In this document: positions 28,303-38,745 of the stretch, one piece after another | Numbering within the stretch: position 1 is the first letter of the stretch | Layout: each line of letters begins with the position of its first letter | Source: an uncultured delta proteobacterium | GTDB lineage: Bacteria > Myxococcota_A > Polyangia > Fen-1088 | Reading direction: 5' to 3' | NCBI GenBank assembly: GCA_963767925.1 | Contig: CAVYGB010000004.1 | Coordinates: 64,001 to 128,000, forward strand | DNA: 64,000 nucleotides | Position numbers and translations under genes: made by a program | Notes under the pieces: generated by a model | Told to the model about the DNA's origin: nothing | The model's input: the letters and a program-made list of their open reading frames with translations, nothing else | Database searches by the model: none

Positions 28303-29775
28303 TTACTTGTCCTGGCTGGCCGGGTCGCGCGAGCGCAGGTTGTGTTTCCAGAGCAGGCGGTAAAAGTGGATGCGGTCGACGCCGGCGGCGCGGGCCGCCA
28401 CCGTGATGTTGTCGTCGTGCAGGCGCAGGATCTCCGCCAGGTAGCGGCGCTCGAACTCGCCCACCCAGGCCTCCCGGGCGGTCTTGAGGGGCTGGGTCAC
28501 GTCGATGGGGGCCGTCTCGGGCGCCGACGACGACGAGGGCAGCTCGGACTCCTGGGGCGAGGGCTGGGCCCGCGTGGCCAGGCAACGCTCGATGTAGTTG
28601 CGCAGCTCGCGGATGTTGCCCGGCCAGGCGTGGCGCTGCAGCTCGGCCATGAAGTCGGGCGAGCGCAGGGCCCGCGACTCGGACTTGTGCTGGGGCCCCA
28701 GCGTCTGCAGAAAGTGATCGAGCAGCAGGGGCATGTCGTCCTTGCGCTCGCGCAGCGGGGGGATGCGGATGCGCAGGACCGCCAGCCGGTAATACAGGTC
28801 GGAGCGGAAGCGGCGGGCCGTCACCTCCTCCCGCAGGTTGCGGTTGGTGGCGGCGAGCACCCGCACGTCGACCGGGTTGTAGTGGTTGCTGCCCACCGGC
28901 TTGACCTCGCGTCGCTCGAGCACCCGCAGCAGCTTGGGCTGCAGCTCGATCCCCAGCTCGCCGATCTCGTCGAGCAGGATGGTCCCGCCCGAGGCGGCGT
29001 GGAAGGCCCCCTTGCGCGTCGCCACCGCGCCGGTGAAGGCCCCCCGCTCGTGCCCGAACAGCTCGCTCTCCAGGAGCTGGGGGGGGATGGCGCCGCAGTC
29101 CACGATGATGAACGGCCCCTCGCCGCGCACGCTCTCCTTGTGGATGGCCTCGGCGGTGGCCTCCTTGCCGGTGCCGGTCTCCCCCTCGATGAGGACGGTG
29201 GCGTCGCTGGCCGAGGCTTGCTCGCACAGGGCGAACACGGTGCTCATGGCCGCCGAGCGCCCCACCACCTGGCCGAAGCGATCCCGCGCCGAGAGGGGGA
29301 CCTTGGCCGCCCGGCTGGCCCGCTGAAAGCGCAGCTTCGTGTTGCCCAGGGTGAGGATGGCCCCCTCCTCGAGGGGGGCCTGGACGACCCGCACGCCGTT
29401 GACAACCGTGCCGTTTTTGCTGCCGAGATCGCGCACCGAGGCGGGGGGCCCCAGCGTGATCTCGCAGTGGAAGCGAGAGACGGCGGGATCCTTCAGCACC
29501 ACGTCGGCCGAGGGGTGCTCGCCCACCACGATGCTGTCGGTGGTGGCCACGAAGGTGCGGCCCGCGTCGCGGCCATCGAGCACCATGAGGTGGCAGTCGA
29601 CGAGCTGCTCGGTCGTCCGCTCGACCGGCGCCGCGCTCGCGCTCCGGGGCATGGGCGGCCGGAGCACGGGCATCGACATGGTGACCTTCATCGGGTCGGG
29701 TTCCTCGGTCTCCATCTCGAGGCCGGTAGGGCGCGAGCGGTCGGGATCGCGTTTGTGCATGAGCGGTACATTCAT
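28303..29775 (-). CDS. FHA-domain sigma54-dependent Fis-family activator; start uncertain
   Basis: VSRFH and DLGSKNGT FHA motifs; [39 protein letters not shown]-terminal HTH. Confidence 0.9.
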   Translation of the reverse strand: MNVPLMHKRDPDRSRPTGLEMETEEPDPMKVTMSMPVLRPPMPRSASAAPVERTTEQLVDCHLMVLDGRDAGRTFVATTDSIVVGEHPSADVVLKDPAVSRFHCEITLGPPASVRDLGSKNGTVVNGVRVVQAPLEEGAILTLGNTKLRFQRASRAAKVPLSARDRFGQVVGRSAAMSTVFALCEQASASDATVLIEGETGTGKEATAEAIHKESVRGEGPFIIVDCGAIPPQLLESELFGHERGAFTGAVATRKGAFHAASGGTILLDEIGELGIELQPKLLRVLERREVKPVGSNHYNPVDVRVLAATNRNLREEVTARRFRSDLYYRLAVLRIRIPPLRERKDDMPLLLDHFLQTLGPQHKSESRALRSPDFMAELQRHAWPGNIRELRNYIERCLATRAQPSPQESELPSSSSAPETAPIDVTQPLKTAREAWVGEFERRYLAEILRLHDDNITVAARAAGVDRIHFYRLLWKHNLRSRDPASQDK

Positions 29776-29968
29776 TCTCTTCGTCTGCTTGGGGACAACC
29801 CTCGAGACACACACCCACGCCGGCGCTGCGCGTTTGCCCTGCCGACAGGTGATCACATGTCTCCTGCTCGTCGCCCGCGGGGTTTCCCGCCCGATCCGCG
29901 GCCCACACCTCGCGCGCCGCCCCCACACGGTCCGGTCTCTCCCGCGGACGTGTTACGATGAAAGGGCG

Positions 29969-31312
<1,344 letters not shown>

Positions 31313-31392
31313 CCGCGGCCGCGGGCCGGATCGTCCGCCTGCAACGACGGGTTAGCCGCCGACGTCTACGATCTGCCCCGGGCTCAGTGACC

Positions 31393-31446
31393 TCAGAGCG
31401 CTGAGCACTTGTGGAACCAATGGCACTCGTCAAGCAGATCGCGCAT
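31393..31446 (-). pseudogene. Truncated DUF5615-type PIN toxin remnant
   Basis: ATG overlapping the end of the DUF433 gene reads MRDLLDEC... and stops after 17 codons; resembles the MRxLLDEC N-terminus of DUF433 partners. Confidence 0.5.
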
Positions 31447-31654
31447 ACCGATCGACCGCTTCGTTCGCGACGTCCAGTATCGCTTCGACTTGCGACCGCG
31501 TAACGGTCGGGAAGTCTTCGATGAAATCGTCCACCCGGTCGCCCGCTCTGAGGTAGTCCATCAGCGTGCGGACTGGAACGCGAGTTCCTGCGAAGACGGG
31601 CGTACCCGACAGGATTTCTGGATCGACAATCATCTGTGACTTTGCGCCGCCCAT
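31430..31654 (-). CDS. DUF433 family antitoxin
   Basis: DPEILSGTPVFAGTRVPV...G...DFIEDFPTVTRSQV. Confidence 0.88.
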   Translation of the reverse strand: MGGAKSQMIVDPEILSGTPVFAGTRVPVRTLMDYLRAGDRVDDFIEDFPTVTRSQVEAILDVANEAVDRYARSA

Positions 31655-31839
31655 GTTCAGGCCTCAGCCGAGAATGATAGCGCAGCCCTCGCGCTGATGC
31701 TGCCGGACGCGTCAAGGGCTGGGATCGCGGCCCATGGCGCATCAGAGTCCGGAGCCGTGGAGCCCTCGTGTGGCTAAAGCCATGGCGTCGGCGGCGAGCG
31801 GGGGGGCGACCGGGCCCCAAAGGTACAGGCGGACAAGTC

Positions 31840-33084
31840 TCATGAGGTCGCGATTTCTAGGTCGCGGTGTTCGAACGCGCTCTGCATTCGATCAACGTCT
31901 TTTCGTTTGAGCCCGAGACGCTCGGCCGGTGAGCGCCAGCCTTTCACAACCTGTCCCACCTCTCTGGCGATCTCGCGCGACTCTGAAAGCGAAAGACCGA
32001 AGCTTGGCGCTACCTTGAAGGCTGTGTCCGCCGACGATGTCGTATCGGCTTCGTCGATGGCCAGGGCGTGAATGCGGCGCTTCACGTCGACCGGGGTCGG
32101 GTTGAGGTCATAAGCGGGCGCGAGATGCCACCCGACTTCGTCGCGGAGGAACGCGTGGTTTCTGAGATGATCGTCCGTGTTTGAAACGAGTATGTTGAAC
32201 ACGAGCCGTCGCCAGAGCTCACGCAGGTCTTCCGCTACCCGTGAGCCTTCGCGACGAAGTACCTCGACGATTTCGAGATAACTATGCGCCCCGTTGTCGT
32301 CCGCGGAGAGCGCCGTCATGGCCGACATGAAAGGTACCCTACTGGCGCCCTGGCGATCGAACCGCTCGAGAATGAGCACCGGCCGGTTCAGGACCGTCTC
32401 TACGTGAAAGGAAGGCACCTGGATACCGGCCGAGCGAGCCAGGGAGAGCGAAACGGCCTCCCACTGTGTGACTGGCCACTCATCGTCCTTTCGCGGGAAC
32501 TTTGCGATCATCAGCTGTCCATCTGTTCCGCGTATCGACGCTTTCGGCCGGGCACCTCCAAGTGAGGTGCCCGGCGCAAGCACAAGCAACAAATCATCTT
32601 CCGTTTCGTCGTTATCGATGATCCGATTCGTCGCCGACAGGAGACGCGGCAGTTCAATCACCGGGGGAACAGGTCTACCTACCGACCACAAGAACGGCTC
32701 TCGTTCTGATCCAGGTGCATCCTTGAACCGCAAGGCTCCCAGCCGGGTCTCGTCGTCCACACGGGTCAGGAAGTCCACAGCCATGAGCGTCCTTGGCGGC
32801 CGCCCTTCTCGCGTTGCGCGGGCACGTTCCGCGCGCCGAAGGAGGGTCTGTCCCCAACGGTCGGGAGCCGGATCCGTGAACGCGCGGAAGAGAGGTCTCT
32901 GGGAGTGAAAGGTGCCACGCCGGAGCGGAAGCTCCGGATCGAGCGCGAACGAATCTCTTCGCACAAGCCAGCTGGGCTCGTATTCAAAGGAGGAGGTCTC
33001 ACGTGGCTGTGAACGTGTCCACAACCGACCACAAGCAACTGGTTCGCTCTCTCGATTCGCGAATACCCGCAGCTCACGGTTCAT
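31840..33084 (-). CDS. hipA: HipA-family kinase toxin
   Basis: APDRWG, PGTSLGGARPKA, IAKFP, RFDR, NTDDHLRNH, LAPAYDL. Confidence 0.9.
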   Translation of the reverse strand: MNRELRVFANRESEPVACGRLWTRSQPRETSSFEYEPSWLVRRDSFALDPELPLRRGTFHSQRPLFRAFTDPAPDRWGQTLLRRAERARATREGRPPRTLMAVDFLTRVDDETRLGALRFKDAPGSEREPFLWSVGRPVPPVIELPRLLSATNRIIDNDETEDDLLLVLAPGTSLGGARPKASIRGTDGQLMIAKFPRKDDEWPVTQWEAVSLSLARSAGIQVPSFHVETVLNRPVLILERFDRQGASRVPFMSAMTALSADDNGAHSYLEIVEVLRREGSRVAEDLRELWRRLVFNILVSNTDDHLRNHAFLRDEVGWHLAPAYDLNPTPVDVKRRIHALAIDEADTTSSADTAFKVAPSFGLSLSESREIAREVGQVVKGWRSPAERLGLKRKDVDRMQSAFEHRDLEIATS

Positions 33085-33424
33085 GAGCCTGCTCCTTTAC
33101 CCGCTTGCGCACGGAACGAACCCGCCGGGGCAACTGTTCGTCTTCGAGGCCCAGCCCTACTGCATCCCTGCCTGGGTCGGCGAGCTCTCCCAGGCGGTCA
33201 GACATCCCCAGGACGAACAGAACGGTGGCGTAGATTCCGATGGAAACTCGTGCGTCGCCACGTTCGACACGCCTCAGCGTCGGTCGACTAATAAACGCAC
33301 GCTCCGAAACCAGCTCCATCGTGAGCCGTCGGCGACGGCGCGCGGCAGATAAGTCTAGTCCCAGTTTACGCAGCGCGCGCACGACTCCGATAGGAAGCGC
33401 AGGAAGGGCTCTAGAAGGCTTCAT
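33074..33424 (-). CDS. XRE/HipB-like antitoxin
   Basis: ARRRRRLT...SERAFISRPTLRRVERGD...YATVLFVLG; overlaps the toxin start. Confidence 0.85.
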   Translation of the reverse strand: MKPSRALPALPIGVVRALRKLGLDLSAARRRRRLTMELVSERAFISRPTLRRVERGDARVSIGIYATVLFVLGMSDRLGELADPGRDAVGLGLEDEQLPRRVRSVRKRVKEQAHEP

Positions 33425-33427
33425 AAT

Positions 33428-33475
33428 GGGACATAGAGGTTACGTTAAGTCGAGATAGTGGCAACTATATGTTCC
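33428..33475. promoter_or_regulatory. Imperfect inverted repeat, probable TA operator
   Basis: GGGACATAGAGGTTAC ... GCAACTATATGTTCC directly upstream of the antitoxin ATG, in an AT-rich patch. Confidence 0.45.
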
Positions 33476-33539
33476 AATCGATCGGGGCAGGCACCTCCAC
33501 ACTGTGGGACGGCGCCCTCGGCCCTTGATTCCCGGTTAC

Positions 33540-33741
33540 CGGCCAAGTCCCGCCTCAGGTTTCGGACACCCCCGGGATCTCGCCGCACGCGATGAGGCTG
33601 TAGACAGTCTTCGGGTTGAGCCCCGAGGAGCGCGGTCAGCTCGCGCACATCCATCGTCTCGCCGCCTCGCGACGAATCGCCCACAACGCGTCGGACCTCT
33701 TCCCTGATCAGCGCGATGAGCGTGCTCTCATCCCACTGCAC
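33540..33741 (-). pseudogene. Frameshifted excisionase-like (HTH_17) DNA-binding protein remnant
   Basis: LIALIREEVRR...MDVRELTALLG, continuing in a shifted frame as LNPKTVYSLIACGEIPG. Confidence 0.55.
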
Positions 33742-34000
33742 CGCCTTTCCCTTCGGGGTGATCCGCCGGAAAGTTTCCGCGGAAGAGCAGCTGCCATCAC
33801 ACCGACCCTTCCGCGGAAACGCGGCCGATGTCACATCCGCGAACCCAGCGCCGCTGCGGCGGAGACGATCAACCCGTGAATGGAATCCGCCGCTGCGTCC
33901 AGGTCCAAACGGAGAACCAGGTTGACGCGGATCATGGTCGGAAATAGCCTTCCGAAGGACCCCGCGTCGCGGTTGCCACCGTCCTTTGCACAGGAGACCC

Positions 34001-36442
34001 ATGGGGACCATCTGGGGAGACCTGCATCGGAGCTTCCGTGCTCTGGCCCGGAAGCCGCAATTCGCCGTCGTGGCGATCTTGACCCTGGCGCTGGGCCTGG
34101 GCGCGAACACGGCGATCTTCAGCGTGGTGCACGGGGTGCTGCTGCGGCCGCTCCCCGTCAGCGACGAGGACCGCATCGTGGTGGCCTGGAAGCGCGATCC
34201 GGCGGCCAACAATCCCATGGTCGAGCTGTCGGTCGCGGAGTTCCTCGACTGGCAAGCGCAGAGTCGGAGCTTCGAATCCGTGGCCGCGATGCCCACGACC
34301 GTCTTCGGTTACGGGGTCGTGCTGGCCGGACGGGGCGAAGCGGTCCAGCTCGAGAGCCCCGACGTGAGCGGTCGGTTCTTCAGCTTGCTCGGCGCGCGCG
34401 CGGCCCTGGGGCGGGTCTTCCAGGACAGCGACGACCGCCCCGGCGCTGCCAGAGTCGTCGTGCTCAGCGATCGAACCTGGCGCGAGCGGTTCGGCGCCGA
34501 TCCCGACATCGTCGGGAAGTCGATCACCCTGACCGACAGGGTCCATACCGTCGTGGGGGTCATGCCCCCCGCGTTCCAGTTTCCGTCCGGGGCCGACATC
34601 TGGCGCCCGCTCACCGCCGGGATGCCACCGACCTTGCTGAAGAATCGAACGGCGGGGTGGCTGCAGATGGTGGGCAAGCTGCGGCCCGGCGTGACCGTGC
34701 AGGAGGCCGAGAGTGAGCTGGACGTGATCATCGGCCGGCTGCAGGCTGGCCAGCCCACCTCCAGCAGCCAGGTGCAGCGGGCGGTGGTCACGCCCCTGCG
34801 CCAGTACATCTTCGGCGACGTCACCCTGGCGCTGAAGCTGCTCTTCGCGGCGACCAGCTTGCTCCTCCTCATTGCCTGCGCCAACGTCGCCAACCTGGTG
34901 CTGGCGCGGGCCGCCGATCGGCGCAAGCAGTTCGCGATCCAGGCCGCGCTCGGCGCTGGGCGCTGGCCCATCGTGCGCCAGCTGCTCACGGAGAGCCTGG
35001 TGCTCGCGCTGCTCGGAGGGGCGCTGGGGGTGGGGCTAGCGGTGGTGACGGTGGACCTCATCGTCTCCCTCGCCACGCGAGACGTTCCGCGCATGAACGA
35101 GGTGCGGGTCAACGTCGAGGCGCTCGGCTTCAGCCTCGCCGCCGCTCTCCTCACCGCGGTCCTCTGCGGCCTGGCGCCAGCCATGACAGCTTCGCGGATC
35201 GACCTCAATGATTCGCTCCGTCGCGACAGCAACAAGATCGCGGGAGCACCGACGGGGAAACGCCTGCGGAGCGTCCTGGTGGTCGCCCAGGTCGCGCTGA
35301 CCGTCGTCTTGCTGGCGGGCGCGGGCCTGATCCTCAGGAGCTTCGTCAACCTGACCCAGGTCGACCTTGGTTTCGACTCGGGGAACGTCCTGACCGCCCA
35401 GCTCCGGCTGAGGGGCGCCAGGTACCGCACCCCCGAGGCCAGGCGCGCGTTCCACCAGCAGCTCGTGGAGAGGATGCAGGCCCAGCCTGGCGTGGTGGCC
35501 GCCTCGGCGGTGTCCATCCGCCCGCTCGAGGGCTCGGTGGGCTTCGACTGGCCCTTCGTCCGCGAGGGGCAACGGCCCGACGAGGCCGAGCGCAATCCGG
35601 TCCCGAATCTGGAGGTCGTGACGCCCAGCCACTTCCAGACGTTCGGGGTGCCCATCAAGGCCGGCCGGGCCTTCAACGCCCAGGACACCGAGGCGAATCC
35701 GCCGGTGGTCATCGTCAGCGAGAGGATGGCGCGCGGGCTCTTTGGACCGGACGTCAATCCGATAGGCAAGCGCCTCCGACCGCGATCGGCCCGATCCGAT
35801 GACCCCTGGCGCACGATCGTGGGCGTGGCGGGCGATGTCCGGCACCGCGAGCTGGTTGTCCTGGGCTGGGGGGTCTACGTTCCCCTGTTTCAGAGCACGA
35901 TCCCGACCAACCACTTCGCCGTCCGCACCGCCGGCGACCCCGCCGCGTTCGTGGGGACACTGCGCCGCGAGGTGGCGATGCTGGATCCCAACCAGGCGGT
36001 GACCGACGTCAGCACGATGCAGGACCAGGTGGACAGGCAGCTCGCCCGGCCCCGCTTCATCGCGGTCCTGCTCAACTGGCTGTCGATCCTGGCCGTGCTC
36101 CTGGCCTCGATCGGAACCTACGGGGTCACGGTGCAGTCGGTGGTCCAGCGCCGGACCGAGATCGGCACCCGCATCGCGCTGGGGGCGCAGGCGCGGGACA
36201 TTCTCCGCCTGGTGACCCGACACGCCTTGCGGCTGGTGGTGGTCGGCGTGGCCGCCGGCCTGGTGGGGGCCTTCCTGCTCACGCGGTTCATCCGCAGCCT
36301 GCTCTACGGGGTCAACGAGAACGATCCGCTCACCTTCCTGGGCATCGTGATCGTCCTGGGGGCAGTCACCCTGCTGGCCTGCTGGATCCCCGGCCGGCAG
36401 GCCACCCGGGTCGATCCGATGGTCGCCATGCGCGGCGACTGA
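34001..36442 (+). CDS. Duplicated MacB/FtsX-type ABC permease (ADOP-like orphan permease)
   Basis: ILTLALGLGANTAIFSVV, LLLLIACANVANL, QLLTES, EIGTRIALGA, RVDPMVAMR; RBS AGGAG; no adjacent ATPase gene. Confidence 0.9.
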   Translation: MGTIWGDLHRSFRALARKPQFAVVAILTLALGLGANTAIFSVVHGVLLRPLPVSDEDRIVVAWKRDPAANNPMVELSVAEFLDWQAQSRSFESVAAMPTTVFGYGVVLAGRGEAVQLESPDVSGRFFSLLGARAALGRVFQDSDDRPGAARVVVLSDRTWRERFGADPDIVGKSITLTDRVHTVVGVMPPAFQFPSGADIWRPLTAGMPPTLLKNRTAGWLQMVGKLRPGVTVQEAESELDVIIGRLQAGQPTSSSQVQRAVVTPLRQYIFGDVTLALKLLFAATSLLLLIACANVANLVLARAADRRKQFAIQAALGAGRWPIVRQLLTESLVLALLGGALGVGLAVVTVDLIVSLATRDVPRMNEVRVNVEALGFSLAAALLTAVLCGLAPAMTASRIDLNDSLRRDSNKIAGAPTGKRLRSVLVVAQVALTVVLLAGAGLILRSFVNLTQVDLGFDSGNVLTAQLRLRGARYRTPEARRAFHQQLVERMQAQPGVVAASAVSIRPLEGSVGFDWPFVREGQRPDEAERNPVPNLEVVTPSHFQTFGVPIKAGRAFNAQDTEANPPVVIVSERMARGLFGPDVNPIGKRLRPRSARSDDPWRTIVGVAGDVRHRELVVLGWGVYVPLFQSTIPTNHFAVRTAGDPAAFVGTLRREVAMLDPNQAVTDVSTMQDQVDRQLARPRFIAVLLNWLSILAVLLASIGTYGVTVQSVVQRRTEIGTRIALGAQARDILRLVTRHALRLVVVGVAAGLVGAFLLTRFIRSLLYGVNENDPLTFLGIVIVLGAVTLLACWIPGRQATRVDPMVAMRGD

Positions 36443-36473
36443 TCTCACGGTCCAGGCTGGCGGTCCGGGGAAG

Positions 36474-38745
36474 GTGAGGTCCGCGGTCGGCCCGGGCGCC
36501 GCTCACCTCTCCATTTCCTCGCCCCGTGCCCAGTTGCTGGTGACGCGCGAGGGCTGGACCCGTGTCGGCGCCCAGGCGCTGCGCGCGGCGGGGCTCGCGC
36601 AGGTGGACCCCCGCCGGATGCAGCTTTACCGGGGCGGCCAGAAGATCCCGATGCGCGTGATCGGCGACGAGGATGGCCGTCTCGACGACGGCGATGTGGT
36701 CGAGTTCTACGCCACCGCGAGCGACACGCCCTGGAGCGCCGCCCGCACCCACTGGCTGGCCCCCGCGCCCGCCGGCGCGCCGCCGCTGCGGTTGCCAGCC
36801 CCCGCGGCGGCTCCTGTCCCCGCCGCGCGTGCGGTGGACAGCGGCTGGACGGTGCTGGAGCGCGCCGACCGCACCGTCTACGCGGCCGCGGTCAGGAACG
36901 GCGAGGCCGACAACTTCTTCACCGGGGTCGTCACCGGCCGGCCGAGCGATCAGCTCTTCACGCTGTCGGCGCTCGACCGCGTCGCCCACGACCCGGGCAG
37001 CCTGACGGTGAGCCTGCGCGGTGCCACCCTGGCCGCGCACCGGGTGCGCGTGGCGATCAACGACCACGAGCTGGGCGTGATGACCTTCGCTGACCAGAAG
37101 GCGGTCAGCACGACTTTCCCGGTGCCCACCGATCGGCTGATCGAGGGGGAAAACCGGGTGACCCTCACCTCGGAGCTGGGCGCCATCGACGTCGGCCTGA
37201 TCGAATCGATCCGGCTGCGCCACCGGCGGCGGCTGGTGGCCGAGCGCGATGCCCTGGCGTTCACCGCGCAGGGGGAGGACGGCGCGACCAGCAGCGGCTT
37301 CTCCGCCGGCGACATCCGGATCGTCGACGTCACGGACCCCGACGCGCCCTTCGAGCTGCCGGTGGCGGTGGCGCCGGGCGCGAACGGCTACGCGGCGACC
37401 GTGACGGTGAGGGCGCCCGCTGGCGGTGGGTCGACGCGCAGCCTGCTGGCCTTCCGGGACGGGGCGGTGCCAGCGCCGTCCGCGGTGGTCGAGAACGCGC
37501 CGTCGCGGCTGCCGACCAGCACCGCCGCGGCCGAGCTGCTGATTTCTCGCCCCCGCCGCGCTGTTGCCGCTGGCCGAGCCCCTGCGCGCGCGCCGGGCCG
37601 CCGACGGCTGGCGGGTCGCGCTTGTCGACGTGCAGGACGTCTACGACGAGCTGAGCTGCGGCGATCGCAGCCCGCTGGCCATCCGCGAGTACCTGCGCGC
37701 GATCCGGGCCGCCGGACAGGGGGGAGGGCGATACGCCCTGCTGATCGGCGGGGCCAGCTTCGATCCGCGCGATCACCTCACCCTCGGTGGGCACGACTTC
37801 ATCCCCACGCCGCTGCGCGAGACCACCACCATCGAGACCGCATCGGACGATTGGTACGGCGACCTGGACGGCGACGACGTCCCCGAGATCGCCATCGGCT
37901 GCCTGCCCGCCGCCAGCGCCGAGGACGCGCGCGTCCAGATCGCCAAGCTGGTCGGATACCGTGGCCGGCCAGGGGACCCGGGATGGCAGCGTCAGGCGCT
38001 GCTGATCGCCGGCCACCCCGACGGCTGGAACTTTGCCGCCGCCTCGGATGCCATCCGCGGCGTCCTGCCGCCAGGAATGGAGCCCTCGGCCTTCTACGCA
38101 GTCGGCGACAGTCGACCGAGCGCGCCCACCGCCCCAGCTCCCGAGCTCCTGGCGCGCCTCCGGGCGGGCGCGGGCCTGGTCAACTTTGCGGGCCACGGCT
38201 CGGTGACCGAGTGGGCCGGCACGCTCACCGCCGCGCAGGCGCACGACCTGGACAACGGCGATCGCCTGCCGGTGGTGGCTGCCATGACCTGCCTGAGCGG
38301 ACTGTTCCAGGATCCGAGGCAGCCGAGCCTGGGCCAGGCCTTGCTGTCTGCCCCGGGCGGCGGAGCGATCGCCGTGTGGGCCTCCAGCGCCTCCCCGGAC
38401 GCGCGTCAGCAGGCCACCGCCAACGAGGCCTTCGTCCGCGCGCTGGCCACCTCCTCTCTGGGCGCCGCCGTTCAGGCCGCCAAGCGTGCCGTCACCGACC
38501 GCGACCTGCGACGCAGCTTCGTCCTGCTCGGCGATCCCACCCTGTTCGGCGCGCCCTCCCCAGCTCCACCTTCCGGCGCCGGGCCCCCGAGCGCCCCCGG
38601 CGGACCCGCCCCAGTCGGCAGCAACGGCTGCGCCGTGGCTGGCCCGGGCTCCCCAGGTGCATCTCTGGCCCTCCTCGTCACCGCCCTGGGTGCCCTCCGG
38701 CGCAGCTTCAGGCGCTGGGCTGGGCGTGCGACGGTAAATCCGTGA
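36474..38745 (+). CDS. C25 (gingipain-like) cysteine peptidase with a MYXO-CTERM-like tail; one +1 frameshift near 37544; no signal peptide visible
   Basis: VQDVYDELSCG, LLIGGASFD, ASDDWYGDLDGDDVPEIAIG, NFAGHGS, AMTCL, LLGDP; tail GSNGCAVA...LALLVTALGALRRSFRR. Confidence 0.75.

Noticed and set aside
33973..33991. sigma54 promoter upstream of the ADOP permease (TTGCCACCGTCCTTTGCA)
   Set aside because: It lacks the conserved GG and the spacing is off by one.
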